A DNA stretch of 64,000 nt, taken from assembly GCA_903928055.1 (NCBI GenBank), contig CAIYPG010000076.1, positions 87 to 64,086 of the forward strand. Direction: 5' to 3'. The notes under the pieces are model-generated. The model worked only from the letters and a program-made list of their open reading frames with translations. It ran no database searches and had not been told where the DNA came from. Position 1 is the first letter of the stretch. Each line of letters opens with the position of its first letter. This document shows, in pieces, positions 1 through 11,882 of the stretch. The stretch is from an uncultured beta proteobacterium. GTDB lineage: Bacteria; Pseudomonadota; Gammaproteobacteria; Burkholderiales; SG8-39. A program made the position numbers and the translations under genes.

Positions 1-64
1 TTTGGCGAAGCAAAGAAAGTTACTCGGCGTAAGCCGAAACAAAAACTTCAAAGAACAAAAGACC

Positions 65-91
65 CTGGATTCCCGCCTTCGCGGGAATGAC
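65..91. repeat. REP/dRS3-like palindromic repeat (ATTCCC-N8-GGGAAT core)
   Basis: CTGGATTCCCGCCTTCGCGGGAATGAC lies downstream of purL; the core ATTCCC-GCCTTCGC-GGGAAT has the dRS3-type 6-8-6 layout. Confidence 0.7.
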
Positions 92-143
92 GGATTTACA
101 TGTCGTGGAGATTTCCACTTCCGCGAGGATTAATAAACCTTAC

Positions 144-3100
144 CTACCCCACCCACTTCCTCGCATTCCGGAACAACCTCATCCACGGCGTATCCTCACC
201 CCACTCCTTCGGATGCCAGGACATCTGTTCCGGACGGAAAATGCGTTCCGGATGCGGCATGAGGATCGTGAAGCGTCCGTCCGCCGTAGTCAGGCCGGTA
301 ATGCCCTCCGGTGAACCATTCGGATTCACCGGATAGGCGGTCGTCACCGCACCGCGGTTGTCCACATAACGCAACGCAACTTTCGCCGCCTGCTGCGCCT
401 GCTTCGAATCGAATACCGCGCGCCCTTCACCATGCGCGGTCACCACGGGCATGCGGCTGCCGGCCATGCCGGCGAAAAACAGCGAGGGACTGTCCGTGAC
501 TTCGACCATGACCAGTCGGGCTTCGAACTGCTCGGACCGGTTCTTGAGGAAGCGCGGCCAGTGGCCGGCACCCGGAATCAGGTCGCGAAGGTGGCTCATC
601 ATCTGGCAGCCATTGCACACCCCGAGCGAGAACACGTCACCGCGGCTGAAGAACGACTCGAATTGTTCGCGCGCGCGGGAATTGAACAGGATCGACCGTG
701 CCCAGCCGGCGCCCGCGCCCAGCACATCGCCATAAGAGAATCCGCCGCAGGCGACAACACCCGTGAATTCGGCAAGCGAAACCCGGCCGGAAATGATGTC
801 GCTCATGTGCACGTCGCGCGCCGCAAAACCCGCACGGTCGAACGCCGCCGCCATCTCGACCTGCCCGTTCACACCCTGCTCGCGCAGAATGGCGATCGAC
901 GGACGCGCACCCTTGCTGATGAACGGTGCGGCAACATCGTCGGCGGGATCGAACGTCAGCTCTGCTCCGAGGCCGGGATCTTCCGTATCCAGTACGCGCT
1001 CGAACTCCTCCTTCGCGCAGTCCGGATTGTCGCGCAGGGCCTGCATGCGGTAAGTGACTTCGGACCAGGCCTGCTGCAGCTTGATCCGCGACTCCGAAAG
1101 GATCGACTTGGCATTGCGCACGATGCGCACTTCGTCACGCGTATTCGGCGCGCCGATGAGCAGTGCCGGCAATGCCGATGCGCGCAAGCGTTCCAGCACC
1201 GTGCGGCGATCCGCAGCACGCACCTGGATGACCGCACCCAGTTCCTCTGCAAAAAGCGCTGCGAACACGCGATCCTGGTCGCGTCCGTACATCAGCTCGG
1301 GCTTGCGTTCATTACCATCAATGTCATGGGCCTGGGCATCATAGGCGAGCATGTCCACGTTCAGGGTCACTCCCACATGGCCTGCAAACGCCATTTCGCA
1401 GAGGGTGGCAAACAGTCCGCCATCTGCTCGATCGTGATAGGCCAGCAGCAATCCCTCGCGGTTCAGTGCCTGCACCGTTTCAAAAAAACGTTTCAGCAAT
1501 CCGGCATCATCAAGGTCCGGCGCCTCATTGCCGAAACCGCCGCATACCTGCGCCAGCATGGAGCCGCCCAAGCGGTTCTTGCCATTGCCCAGGTCGATCA
1601 GCAGCAATTCGGTATCACCGGCATCCATCCGGAGTTGCGGCGTCAGCACGCGCCGCACGTCTTCGCAGGGCGCGAAGGCCGACACGATCAGCGATAGTGG
1701 CGCCACGACTTCCTTCTTAGTGCCCGCGTCATCCCAGGTCGTGCGCATGGACAACGAATCCTTGCCTACCGGAATGCTGATGCCCAGCGCCGGGCAAAGT
1801 TCGATGGCCACGGCATGCACCGTGTCGAACAACGCAGCGTCCTCACCCGGATACCCGGCTGCGGCCATCCAGTTTGCCGACAGCTTGATGCTCCCGAGGT
1901 CCACCGGCGCAGCGGCCAGATTCGTCAGCGCTTCGCCCACCGCCATGCGGCCTGAGGCCGGCGCATTGATGGCGGCGATCGGGGCGCGCTCGCCCATGGA
2001 GTAGGCCTCGCCGGCATTGCCGTGAAAACCGAGCAGCGTCACCGCACAATCGGCCACCGGTACCTGCCATGGGCCGACGTTCGGGTCGCGCGAGCACAGC
2101 CCGCCAACCGTGCGATCACCGATGGAAATCAGGAAATTCTTGTTCGCCACGGTTGGCGAACGCAGTACCCGGTAACAGGCCTCCTCCAGCGTAATGCTGG
2201 ACAGGGAAGCCGGTGAGAACGCTTCACCCACCGGCGCGACATGCTTCACCTCACGGGTCATGCGCGGCGGCTTGCCAAGCAGCGCTTCCATGCCCATGTC
2301 CACCGGCGCATTGGAAAAATGCCCATCTTCGACGCGCAACTGTCCTTCGGCGGTGGCCGTACCCAGCACGGCAAATGGGCAACGCTCACGCTCACAGATC
2401 GCGGTAAAACAATCCAGTTGGCCCGGCGCGATGGCGAGCACATAGCGCTCCTGCGATTCGTTGCACCAGACCTCGCGCGGCGTCATGCCCGGCTCTTCAT
2501 TCGGAATGGCGCGCAAATCCACGCGGGCACCGCGGCCCGAGCCATGCGCCAGTTCCGGCAATGCATTGGACAATCCGCCGGCGCCAACGTCATGGATGGA
2601 CAACACCGGATTTGCGTCGCCAAGCTGCCAGCAGCGGTCGATGACTTCCTGCACGCGGCGCTCGATCTCGGCATTGCCGCGCTGCACGGAATCGAAGTCC
2701 AGATTCTCGGTATTCGTGCCGGTGGCCATGCTGGAGGCGGCGCCACCGCCCATGCCGATCAGCATGCCCGGACCACCCAGCTGGATCAGCAGCGAACCTG
2801 GCGGAATGTCGAGCTTGGCAGTATGGCCATCACTGATGTTGCCGATGCCGCCAGCGATCATGATGGGTTTGTGATAACCGCGCATCACGCCACCGACCCT
2901 AGCCTCGAAGGTGCGGAAATACCCGGCGAGATTCGGCCGGCCGAATTCATTGTTGAACGCCGCTGCACCAATCGGGCCGTCGAGCATGATCTGCAGCGCC
3001 GAGGCGATGCGCCCCGGTTTTCCGTCGGTCGCTTCCCATGGCTGCTCATAGCCGGGAATGCGCAGGTGAGACACCGAGAACCCGCATAGTCCGGCCTTGG

Positions 3101-4085
3101 GCTTCGCGCCACGACCGGTCGCACCCTCATCGCGGATTTCCCCGCCCGACCCCGTGGCGGCACCTGCATAAGGCGAGATCGCCGTCGGATGGTTGTGTGT
3201 CTCGACCTTCATCAAGGTGTGGGTCAGCTCGTCGCTGAAGCGGTATCCGCCTTTGGCGTCCGGATAAAAACGCTCAATGCGGCGGCCTTCCATGACTGCC
3301 GCATTGTCTGCGTAAGCGATGATCGTGTGCTGCGGGTTCAGTTTGTGCGTGACCCGCACCATGCCAAACAGCGTCTCTTCCCGCGCCTGGCCGTCGATCA
3401 CCCAGGAGGCGTTGAAAATCTTGTGCCGGCAATGTTCGGAATTCGCCTGGGCAAACATCGTGAGTTCCACATCGGTGGGATTGCGTCCGAGCGCGCGAAA
3501 GTGGTCCAGCAGGTATTCGATTTCATCGGGCGCCAGCGCCAGACCCATGGCGGCATTGGCCGCTTCCAGCGCCGCACGTCCACCGGCCACAACATCCACC
3601 TCAGCCAGCGGCTTTGGCTCGATATGACGGAACAGGAGCTCCGCATCATCCGCCGAAGCAAGAACAGATTCGGTCATGCGATCGTGCAACAGGGCCTCAA
3701 CCGCTGCGCGATGCGGTGCGAGCGCCGCGCCGCCTTTGAGCGTCCACTCCACGCCGCGCTCCAGGCGCAGCACCGCATCCATGCCGCACTGCCTCGCGAT
3801 GTCAGTGGCCTTGGAAGACCACGGCGAGATCGTGCCGATGCGCGGCACCACCAGAAGGGAAGGCAATCCTGCAGGAGGCAGGTCAGTCGTGCCGCTGCCG
3901 TCGTCCAACAGTTCGGTCAGGCGGCGCTGTTCGTCGGCGGACAACGCCTGGCGGGTTTCGGCAAAGTGCAGGAATTGCGCTGCGGCCACGCCCAGCGAGG
4001 AATGAACTTTGGCAAGCCGTGAATTGAGCTTTTCAAGCCGGAAGGCTGAGAGGGCTGGGCCTCCGTGCAACTTGAGAATCGGCAT
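144..4085 (-). CDS. purL: Phosphoribosylformylglycinamidine synthase (large single-chain type)
   Basis: 1313 aa; [24 protein letters not shown], and a glutaminase domain with GVCNGCQ and MPHPER. Confidence 0.98.
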   Translation of the reverse strand: MPILKLHGGPALSAFRLEKLNSRLAKVHSSLGVAAAQFLHFAETRQALSADEQRRLTELLDDGSGTTDLPPAGLPSLLVVPRIGTISPWSSKATDIARQCGMDAVLRLERGVEWTLKGGAALAPHRAAVEALLHDRMTESVLASADDAELLFRHIEPKPLAEVDVVAGGRAALEAANAAMGLALAPDEIEYLLDHFRALGRNPTDVELTMFAQANSEHCRHKIFNASWVIDGQAREETLFGMVRVTHKLNPQHTIIAYADNAAVMEGRRIERFYPDAKGGYRFSDELTHTLMKVETHNHPTAISPYAGAATGSGGEIRDEGATGRGAKPKAGLCGFSVSHLRIPGYEQPWEATDGKPGRIASALQIMLDGPIGAAAFNNEFGRPNLAGYFRTFEARVGGVMRGYHKPIMIAGGIGNISDGHTAKLDIPPGSLLIQLGGPGMLIGMGGGAASSMATGTNTENLDFDSVQRGNAEIERRVQEVIDRCWQLGDANPVLSIHDVGAGGLSNALPELAHGSGRGARVDLRAIPNEEPGMTPREVWCNESQERYVLAIAPGQLDCFTAICERERCPFAVLGTATAEGQLRVEDGHFSNAPVDMGMEALLGKPPRMTREVKHVAPVGEAFSPASLSSITLEEACYRVLRSPTVANKNFLISIGDRTVGGLCSRDPNVGPWQVPVADCAVTLLGFHGNAGEAYSMGERAPIAAINAPASGRMAVGEALTNLAAAPVDLGSIKLSANWMAAAGYPGEDAALFDTVHAVAIELCPALGISIPVGKDSLSMRTTWDDAGTKKEVVAPLSLIVSAFAPCEDVRRVLTPQLRMDAGDTELLLIDLGNGKNRLGGSMLAQVCGGFGNEAPDLDDAGLLKRFFETVQALNREGLLLAYHDRADGGLFATLCEMAFAGHVGVTLNVDMLAYDAQAHDIDGNERKPELMYGRDQDRVFAALFAEELGAVIQVRAADRRTVLERLRASALPALLIGAPNTRDEVRIVRNAKSILSESRIKLQQAWSEVTYRMQALRDNPDCAKEEFERVLDTEDPGLGAELTFDPADDVAAPFISKGARPSIAILREQGVNGQVEMAAAFDRAGFAARDVHMSDIISGRVSLAEFTGVVACGGFSYGDVLGAGAGWARSILFNSRAREQFESFFSRGDVFSLGVCNGCQMMSHLRDLIPGAGHWPRFLKNRSEQFEARLVMVEVTDSPSLFFAGMAGSRMPVVTAHGEGRAVFDSKQAQQAAKVALRYVDNRGAVTTAYPVNPNGSPEGITGLTTADGRFTILMPHPERIFRPEQMSWHPKEWGEDTPWMRLFRNARKWVG

Positions 4086-4184
4086 GGCGCGCGCGTCGTT
4101 AAAGCCGAATTATACCCGGAAGGTCTGGCACCCCGACTGGCGCGCCGCCCCGCGGACCACCCGCGCGGGCGGCACTGCGCGACA

Positions 4185-5045
4185 TCAGTTGGACCGGCGG
4201 AACTGCGGTTCCTTGAGCGTGCCGGAAACCGCCAGCGTGGCGCGCGCCTGGTTGCGCAATTCCACCTGGATGCGTCCGGCAAGCCCGCCCTGCGAATCCA
4301 CGTCGAGACTGCCGCCGGCATTCAACAGGCCGGCGGCCATGCGCAGGTTGCGCAACTGGATGCGATTGGCATCCGCGACCACGTTGCCGGTCATTTCCGA
4401 GAACAGCGTGGAGCCACCGGCCGTGGTCGATCCCTGCAGCACCCGGGTCATGTCCAGGTTCGCGATCGAGCCCTTCTCCACCGTGAATCCGCCCTCTGCA
4501 CGCCCCGCGGCAAACAGCTTGTCGGGGGCGGGAGAACGCATGGTGTAGACCAGCTTTCCTTCGACCTTGCCCGCGCCCATCAGGGGCGAGGCAATCTTCG
4601 CTGCCTCCACCTGACGCGCATTGATCTCTCCATCAAGGCTCCAGGTTGCTCCCCAGCGCAGGCGGGCGTTGCCCGAGAGGAAACCGTCGTAGGCATGCGC
4701 CTCGAACTCGCTGAATGCCAGCTCGCTGGTGGAGATCACCCCCTTGCCCGAGAACTCATCCAGTGCAAACTCGGTGCCAAAGGGCAGCGGAAGCTTCTGT
4801 GCCTCCAGCTGGATCTTCATGCGTGCACCGTCAGGCTCCAGTTTTGCAATGAGCTTGCGCTCGGCATTCACCAGCGTCAGCGACTGCAATGCCCCCTCTG
4901 GCGCGAACAAAGCCTCCATGTCCAGTGCGGGCAGTGTCAACCCCGCCAGATCAACCTTCACCGCCCGCGCAATGACGCGATCAATGCGCAGGTCACCGGA
5001 TTCGCTTCGCCCCCAAAGGGCCGCCGCCAGTTGCGCCGGCTGAAA
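4185..5045 (-). pseudogene. AsmA-like (bridge/beta-taco) protein, C-terminal part; 5' end apparently missing
   Basis: Beta-strand-rich ORF ending ...LAVSGTLKEPQF. The frame stays open upstream of GTG 4961 (QLAAALWGRSESGDLRIDRVIARAVKVDL) to a TAA at 5094-5096, with no ATG and no N-terminal TM anchor. Confidence 0.55.
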
Positions 5046-5317
5046 TGCTTTTTTGCGCTCCCGGCCACCCTGAAACGGGGCTCCGGACCGCCGTTACTAT
5101 ATATCAGCCCCCGCTGCTAAGCCATGGCCGGAACGGCAATATTCCCCCTTCGGGGTTTGCGCACCACAATGGAAGTACCGCGCCATCCTGATAGGATACG
5201 GACTGGTTCCAGGGTCGCTTCGCAGAGTCCCCGCCCGGCGAGTCCGAACATCTCAGAACAATTCCATCGGAATCCGCGTGCCACACCCCAAAATCGACAC
5301 ATTGCCGCACCCTGCCC

Positions 5318-6427
5318 ATGGATCAGATTGACTGCGTTGTCATCGGTGCCGGCGCCGTTGGCCTGGCTGCCGCGCGCGCACTGGCACTCGCCGGCCGGGA
5401 AGTCGTGGTGCTCGAAAAGGAAGCTGCAATCGGCACCGGGACCAGCGCGCGCAACAGTGAGGTCATCCACGCCGGCATTTACTACGAGCCGGGCTCACTG
5501 AAAGCGCGCTTCTGCGTCGCCGGGCGGAAAGCGCTGTACACATACTGCGCCTCGCATGGCATCGGCCATCGCCGCTGCGGCAAGCTGATCGTGGCCACCA
5601 GCCCGAATCAAGTCGCCCAGCTCGAGCAGATCCTCGCCCACGGCCGCGCCAATGGCGTCGAAGACCTGCACATGATTTCGCGCGCCGAGGCCCTTGCCCT
5701 GGAACCCCGGCTGAACTGCGCCGCCGCGCTGCATTCGCCTTCCACCGGCATCATCGACAGCCACGGCCTGATGCTGGCCTATCGCGGCGATGCCGAAGCG
5801 CACGGCGCCATGCTGGCCCTCGAGAGTCCGGTGCGCGCGGCGCGCGTGGTCGCCGGCGGCATCGAACTCGAGGTCGGGCCGGAGGCCGGCGATGCCATGC
5901 GCATCCTCGCCCGCACCGTCATCAACTGCGGCGGGCTGCACGCGCCGGACATTGCCGCCCGCATTGACGGACTGCTGCCGCAGCATGTGCCCAAGGCGTA
6001 TTACGCCAAGGGCAATTACTTCACTCTGGCCGGACGCGCGCCGTTCTCGCGATTGATCTACCCGGTACCGGAAGCCGCCGGCCTCGGCGTGCACCTGACA
6101 CTCGACCTGGGCGGGCAGGCGCGCTTCGGCCCGGACGTGGAGTGGATACCGGCGATCGATTACAGCGTCGATCCCAGGCGCTGCGAAGGTTTCTATGCCG
6201 CCATCCGCACCTACTGGCCGGAGCTGCCCGACAACGCGTTGCAGCCGGCCTACTCCGGCATCCGGCCCAAGATCACCGCTCCCGGCGAAGCGGCACGCGA
6301 TTTCGTCATCGAAGGCCCGGAGAAGCACGGCGTACCGGGCCTGGTCAACCTGTTCGGCATCGAGTCGCCGGGACTGACTTCGTCGCTGGCCATCGCCGAT
6401 CACGTCGTGAAGCTGCTCGGACAATGA
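5318..6427 (+). CDS. FAD-dependent oxidoreductase, L-2-hydroxyglutarate oxidase (LhgO) family
   Basis: VIGAGAVG Rossmann motif, [25 protein letters not shown]. Confidence 0.88.
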   Translation: MDQIDCVVIGAGAVGLAAARALALAGREVVVLEKEAAIGTGTSARNSEVIHAGIYYEPGSLKARFCVAGRKALYTYCASHGIGHRRCGKLIVATSPNQVAQLEQILAHGRANGVEDLHMISRAEALALEPRLNCAAALHSPSTGIIDSHGLMLAYRGDAEAHGAMLALESPVRAARVVAGGIELEVGPEAGDAMRILARTVINCGGLHAPDIAARIDGLLPQHVPKAYYAKGNYFTLAGRAPFSRLIYPVPEAAGLGVHLTLDLGGQARFGPDVEWIPAIDYSVDPRRCEGFYAAIRTYWPELPDNALQPAYSGIRPKITAPGEAARDFVIEGPEKHGVPGLVNLFGIESPGLTSSLAIADHVVKLLGQ

Positions 6428-7920
6428 CGGCATTGCCTCCGGTCTATTCCACCGCGGCGATACGCGAAGTCGAAGCCATTGCGTTGCGCAACGGCTTGCC
6501 GCTGATGGCGCGTGCCGGCCTCGCCGCGGCCACATTGGCGCGACAGCTTCTCGGTGACGGGGCCAGGCAAAGGGTGCTGGTGATCGCCGGCCCGGGCAAC
6601 AACGGCGGCGACGCATTTGAGACCGCAGCTCATCTCAAACAGGCGGCAATCGCCGTTAGCGTGGTATTCACAGGTGATGTCTCGAAACTGCCGGCCGATG
6701 CCGCACGCGCCCTGGCGAAATGGCGTGCAGCCGGCGGCGAGCTTGCTGCCGATATAGCACCCGGCCCCTGGAACCTGGTCATCGACGGGCTGTTCGGCAT
6801 CGGCCTGGCACGAGCGCTGGAAGGCCGGCATGCCGCGCTGGTCAACACAATCAATGTCCTGGCCGAGAGCGGCATCCCGGTGCTGGCGCTGGATGTGCCC
6901 AGCGGCATCCACAGCGACACCGGGGCGATCATGGGTGTAGCCGTGCGCGCCACGCACACCCTCACCTTCATTGCACACAAGCCCGGCCTGTTGACACTCG
7001 ATGGCCCCGACCACTGCGGCATCTTGGAATGCGATGCACTGGGCGTTGACGCAGCGGCGCTGAGCACGCCCGATGGCGCCCTCGTCACCGACGCCATACT
7101 GGCCGAGGCGCCACGGCGGCCGCGCAATTTCCACAAGGGCATGGCCGGCGAAGTCGGCGTCATCGGCGGCACCGATGGCATGGTCGGCGCCGTGCTGCTG
7201 TCGGCTCGCGCGGCGCTGCACAGCGGAGCGGGAAAAGTCTTCGTCGGTTTTGTCGCCGCCGATCCGCCGGGCGTCGATCCGCAGCAACCCGAACTGATGA
7301 TGCGCACTCCGCAACAGTCGCTGGCCGAATCAGCCGTGCTGCTGGCTGGCCCCGGCATGGGCACCGGCACGCGCGCTGCAGGCGTCTTGCGTGAAGTGCT
7401 TAGTGTGCAAAAGCCGCTGGTGCTGGACGCCGATGCGCTCAACCTGATTGCCGCAGATGGCAGCCTTGCCGCACTCACAGCGCAACGCACCGCGTCCACG
7501 CTCATGACGCCGCATCCGGCGGAGGCGGCACGACTGCTCGCCACTGGCACCGCAGACGTGCAGCGCGACCGCATCGCCGCAGCGACAGCATTGGCGAAGC
7601 ACTACCGCTGCATCGTGGTGCTCAAGGGCAACGGCAGCGTACTTGCCGCACCCGACGGCGCATGGTGGATTAATGCCAGCGGCAATCCGGGCATGGCCAG
7701 CGCCGGCATGGGCGATGTGCTGGGCGGGCTGCTCGCCAGCCTGATTGCACAGCAACTCGAACCTCTGGCCGCCACCCAGCTCGCCGTATGGCTGCATGGC
7801 GCCGCCGCCGATGAACTTGCCGCCGCAGGCCATGGTCCCATCGGCATTACCGCCTCTGACGTCATCACGCAGATCAGGGTGATGCTAAACCGGCCGCTCA
7901 AACAGCCCGTCGGAGACTGA
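6424..7920 (+). CDS. nnr: Bifunctional NAD(P)H-hydrate epimerase/dehydratase
   Basis: [42 protein letters not shown]; ATG 6424 overlaps the upstream TGA. Confidence 0.93.
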   Translation: MTALPPVYSTAAIREVEAIALRNGLPLMARAGLAAATLARQLLGDGARQRVLVIAGPGNNGGDAFETAAHLKQAAIAVSVVFTGDVSKLPADAARALAKWRAAGGELAADIAPGPWNLVIDGLFGIGLARALEGRHAALVNTINVLAESGIPVLALDVPSGIHSDTGAIMGVAVRATHTLTFIAHKPGLLTLDGPDHCGILECDALGVDAAALSTPDGALVTDAILAEAPRRPRNFHKGMAGEVGVIGGTDGMVGAVLLSARAALHSGAGKVFVGFVAADPPGVDPQQPELMMRTPQQSLAESAVLLAGPGMGTGTRAAGVLREVLSVQKPLVLDADALNLIAADGSLAALTAQRTASTLMTPHPAEAARLLATGTADVQRDRIAAATALAKHYRCIVVLKGNGSVLAAPDGAWWINASGNPGMASAGMGDVLGGLLASLIAQQLEPLAATQLAVWLHGAAADELAAAGHGPIGITASDVITQIRVMLNRPLKQPVGD

Positions 7921-7946
7921 ACTCAATTTCAACTGTGGAACAAACG

Positions 7947-9692
7947 ATGAATAGCGAATCTGTCACACCGGCCAGGAGCGGCTCCTTCACCTTCCCGCGC
8001 CGGGTCTGGGCCATGACCCGGCCCTACTGGAATTCCGACGAACGCGCGCGGGCCTGGGGGTTGTTGCTCGCCATCGTCGGCCTGACGCTGGCACTCGTCT
8101 ACCTCGAAGTACTGTTCAACAGCTGGTATCGCGAGTTCTACAACTCGCTGGAGCAGAAGAACTACGACGATTTCAAGGACCTGATCCTGTACTTTTTCTT
8201 CCTTGCGTCGCTGTTCATCTCGGGGGCAATCTACAAGCTCTACCTCACGCAGATGCTGGGCATGCGCTGGCGGCAATGGATGACCCGCCACTACATCAAT
8301 GAATGGATGGGCAACCAGGTCTACTACCGCCTGGAGCTGGACAAGCGCGGCACGGACAACCCCGACCAGCGGATCGCCGAGGACCTGAAGCTGTTTACCG
8401 AGGGCACGCTGTCGCTGTCGCTAGGCTTGCTCTCTTCGATCGTGACGCTGGTGACATTTGTCTCCATCCTCTGGACGGTATCCGGTCCGATCACGCTGTT
8501 CGGCATCACCATTCCCGGCTACATGGTGTGGGCCGCGCTGGTCTACGCCATCTTCGGCAGCGTGCTCACCCACTACGTCGGACGACCGCTGATCGCGCTC
8601 AATTTCCAGCAGGAGCGCTTCGAGGCGGACTTCCGCTACAACCTGGTTCGCCTGCGCGAAAACGCCGAAGGCGTGGCGCTGTACCGCGGCGAGGAACCCG
8701 AGCGCCAGGGACTGCTCACGCGCTTCGAGCGCATTCGCGGCAACTGGTGGAGCCTGATGGCCTACACCAAACGCCTCACCGGCTTCACCGCCGGCTACAG
8801 CCAGATGGCCGTCATCTTTCCGTTCGTGGTCGCCGCACCGCGCTATTTTTCCGGCGCCATGCCACTGGGCGGGCTGATGCAGATCAACTCCGCATTCAGC
8901 CAGGTGCAAAGCGCCCTGTCCTGGTTCGTCAATGTATATTCGACCCTGGCGAACTGGCGCGCCAGCGTGGATCGGCTGCTTACCTTCCACAGCGCGCTCG
9001 AATCCACCGGGGACGAAGCCGGCCACAAGCCGGCCATCCCCGTCGAGCATGACACGCTGCCTACGGTGCGTGTCGAGCACCTGGATCTTGCCATTCCCGG
9101 CCGCGACACGCTGGTACTGGCGGACACATCCTTCGAGATCAAGCCGGGCGAACGCCTGCTGATCACCGGCCCGTCGGGCAGCGGCAAGAGCACGCTGTTC
9201 CGCGCGTTGGCCGGCATCTGGCCTTATGGCCGCGGCAGGATTCGTGTGCCGACCGGCGCCACCATCCTGTTCCTGCCGCAGAAGCCCTACATCCCGATCG
9301 GCACGCTGCGCGATGCCGTTTCCTACCCCGCTGGGGCAGGCGCCTTTGACGATGCCGCCATGCGTGAAGCGCTGTCTGCCTGCCGCCTGGAGCATTTCAC
9401 CGAACGGCTGGACGATGTGCAGAACTGGTCGATGCTGATGAGTGGTGGCGAACAGCAGCGCCTCGCCGTGGCGCGTGCTCTGCTGCATCGTCCGGACTTC
9501 CTGTTCCTCGACGAAGCCACCGCGGCGCTGGACGACAACAATGAATCCCACCTTTACGAGCTGCTCCGCCAGCGCCTGCCGCAGGCCACGCTGGTCAGCA
9601 TCGCCCACCGGCCGGCGGTTGCCGCGCATCACGCGCGCCGGCTGACGCTGATGCCCGATGGCGCGCACATGCGACTTGCGGAGCAATCTTGA
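7947..9692 (+). CDS. ABC transporter fused permease/ATPase (YddA/ABCD-like)
   Basis: DNPDQRIAED, EADFRYNLVRLRENAE, GPSGSGKS, MSGGEQQR, LFLDEAT. Confidence 0.9.
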   Translation: MNSESVTPARSGSFTFPRRVWAMTRPYWNSDERARAWGLLLAIVGLTLALVYLEVLFNSWYREFYNSLEQKNYDDFKDLILYFFFLASLFISGAIYKLYLTQMLGMRWRQWMTRHYINEWMGNQVYYRLELDKRGTDNPDQRIAEDLKLFTEGTLSLSLGLLSSIVTLVTFVSILWTVSGPITLFGITIPGYMVWAALVYAIFGSVLTHYVGRPLIALNFQQERFEADFRYNLVRLRENAEGVALYRGEEPERQGLLTRFERIRGNWWSLMAYTKRLTGFTAGYSQMAVIFPFVVAAPRYFSGAMPLGGLMQINSAFSQVQSALSWFVNVYSTLANWRASVDRLLTFHSALESTGDEAGHKPAIPVEHDTLPTVRVEHLDLAIPGRDTLVLADTSFEIKPGERLLITGPSGSGKSTLFRALAGIWPYGRGRIRVPTGATILFLPQKPYIPIGTLRDAVSYPAGAGAFDDAAMREALSACRLEHFTERLDDVQNWSMLMSGGEQQRLAVARALLHRPDFLFLDEATAALDDNNESHLYELLRQRLPQATLVSIAHRPAVAAHHARRLTLMPDGAHMRLAEQS

Positions 9693-9778
9693 AAATGATG
9701 ATGAGAATAATTACATTGAAAACACTTATGGATAAACAATAATTTATTGAATTTGATTTCAATAAAAACCAATCAACC

Positions 9779-11350
9779 ATGATGTCCATCGACCGTCGCC
9801 GCTTCCTGCAGGCCCTCGCCGGGATGGGTGCGCTGGACTTCGCACTCCCAGACACGCCTGCCTGGGCACAGGTCGATGCCCGCCCGCGCTTCTCCGCGGA
9901 TCCGTTTTCTCTGGGCGTCGCTTCGGGCTACCCCGCTCCGGACGGAATGGTGCTGTGGACGCGGCTGGCCCCCGAACCGCTTGCACCCGATGGCGGCATG
10001 GGACGAAGCGCCGTGGACGTGAAATGGGAAATTGCCGAAGACGATGCCATGCGCCGCATCGTTGCCTCGGGCACATCACGCGCCGAAGCCGCCTGGGGAC
10101 ACTCGGTGCATGTCGAGGTACAGGGCCTGCAACCGGCCCGACCCTACTGGTATCGCTTCACTGCCGGCGACGCGGTGAGCGAAGTTGCCCGCACGCGCAC
10201 CGCACCGGCCATCAATGCGCTCTCGGACCGCCTGCGTTTCGCCTTTGCATCCTGCCAGCAATACGAGCAGGGCTATTTCGGCGCCTACCGGCATCTGGTG
10301 CAGGACGATCCCGACCTGGTGGTGTTCCTAGGCGACTACATCTACGAGTCCTCCTGGGGCAGGGACCATGTGCGCAAGCACGGAACGCCTGAGCCCCGGA
10401 CTCTGGAGGAATACCGTGCCCGCTACGCGCTGTACAAGGCCGACCCTGACCTGCGCGCCGCCCATGCCATCGCGCCATGGATCGTCACCTGGGACGACCA
10501 CGAGGTGGAGAACGATTACGCCAATGATCAGCCGGAGAATCCCGGCGAGCAGCCGCGCTTTCTCGCACGGCGCGCCGCCGCCTACAAGGCCTACTACGAG
10601 CACATGCCGCTGCCGCGACGCGCCCTGCCGGACGGACCGAGTGCGCTGCTCTACACCAGCGCTGCATTTGGCAGCCTCGCAACATTTCACGTTCTGGACG
10701 ACCGGCAATACCGCTCACCGCAGGCCTGCCCGAAGCCGCGCCGCGCCGGCTCGAATACCGTCGATATCGCCGCATGCCCGACGCTGGCTGAAACGGACCG
10801 CACGCTGCTGGGCAGCACACAGGAGCAATGGCTGGAAGCGGGGTTGGCGGGATCGCGCGCGCGCTGGAACATCCTCGCGCAGCAATCGGTGATGGCGCAG
10901 GTGGACCACCGGCCAGGCCCGGGACGCACCGCCTGGACCGACAGCTGGGACGGCTATCCGGTGTCACGCCAGCGCCTGCTGAAGCATATCGCCGAGCGTA
11001 AGGTCACCAATCCGGTGGTCATCGGCGGCGACGTGCACATGTTCTATGTCAATGACCTCAGGACCGATTTCGATGAACCGGCGTCACCTGTCATCGCCAG
11101 CGAATTCGTCGGCACGTCCATCACTTCACAGGCAGGTTCGCAGCAGTCGGTGCAGCGCTTCCTGCCCGACAACCCGCACATCCATCTCGCCGAAACGCGT
11201 TACCGCGGCTACATGCGCGTGGATCTCACGCCACGGCAGATGAAAGTGGACCTGCGGGCCATGGAAAATGTCACCCAGCCTGACGCGGCCTGCAGCACCC
11301 TTGCTTCCTTTGTGGTGGAAGACGGCCGTCCGGGGCCGCAAAAGGCCTGA
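9779..11350 (+). CDS. phoD: Tat-exported alkaline phosphatase D family protein
   Basis: Tat signal DRRRFL; FSLGVASG, FASCQ, LGDYIYE, WDDHEV, DSWDGY, GDVH. Confidence 0.92.
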   Translation: MMSIDRRRFLQALAGMGALDFALPDTPAWAQVDARPRFSADPFSLGVASGYPAPDGMVLWTRLAPEPLAPDGGMGRSAVDVKWEIAEDDAMRRIVASGTSRAEAAWGHSVHVEVQGLQPARPYWYRFTAGDAVSEVARTRTAPAINALSDRLRFAFASCQQYEQGYFGAYRHLVQDDPDLVVFLGDYIYESSWGRDHVRKHGTPEPRTLEEYRARYALYKADPDLRAAHAIAPWIVTWDDHEVENDYANDQPENPGEQPRFLARRAAAYKAYYEHMPLPRRALPDGPSALLYTSAAFGSLATFHVLDDRQYRSPQACPKPRRAGSNTVDIAACPTLAETDRTLLGSTQEQWLEAGLAGSRARWNILAQQSVMAQVDHRPGPGRTAWTDSWDGYPVSRQRLLKHIAERKVTNPVVIGGDVHMFYVNDLRTDFDEPASPVIASEFVGTSITSQAGSQQSVQRFLPDNPHIHLAETRYRGYMRVDLTPRQMKVDLRAMENVTQPDAACSTLASFVVEDGRPGPQKA

Positions 11351-11550
11351 TCCGCCACGCCAGTTGCCAAAACTGTTGTTTTTTGTCGTCATTTGGCGAC
11401 AGTTTTCCCCTCTCCTGAAGCAAACCTTGCAGCGGTAACACTCTGTTACCCATTAGCCGTCGCTTTCGCTCTTCCCGTGCGTTAAAACAAGTGCGTCGGG
11501 AGATTGCGATGCACGAGATTTTCAAACCAACTGCAGCAAAGGAGTCCGCC

Positions 11551-11853
11551 ATGAACAACACTTTCAAAGCCATCATCGCCACCGCGGCACTGATCACGCT
11601 TGCGGGCGCCAGTGCCACTGCTTCTGCGCATGGGAGGTTCGGCTTGAACATCATGATCGGCGCGCCCGCCTATGCCTACGCACCACCCCCGGCTTACGCC
11701 TACGCGCCGGCACCGGCCTACGCCTACGCACCGCCGGTGTACTACGCACCCCGTCCGGTCTACGCGCCGCGCGTCGTGTACTACCGCGAGCCGGAATGGC
11801 GTGGCAGGGGGCACGCCTATGGCCGTGACTACGGACGCCGCGGCTGGCGCTGA
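11551..11853 (+). CDS. Small secreted Pro/Tyr/Ala-rich repeat protein (PXPV-like)
   Basis: GGAG RBS, signal peptide, (AYAYAPP) repeats, Gly/Arg-rich tail. Confidence 0.75.
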   Translation: MNNTFKAIIATAALITLAGASATASAHGRFGLNIMIGAPAYAYAPPPAYAYAPAPAYAYAPPVYYAPRPVYAPRVVYYREPEWRGRGHAYGRDYGRRGWR

Positions 11854-11882
11854 GTCAGCCCAATCATTGTGAAGGAAGCACC

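Noticed and set aside
5269-5283. Sigma-54 promoter-like TGGCACG-N4-TTCC on the minus strand
   Set aside because: The invariant -12 GC is missing
6142-6423. Long N-terminal extensions given by the ORF track (nnr, roxA, nth, mshN, rquA, hydrolase)
   Set aside because: The extensions overlap upstream genes or promoters; downstream ATGs with RBS or stop-start overlap fit family lengths better
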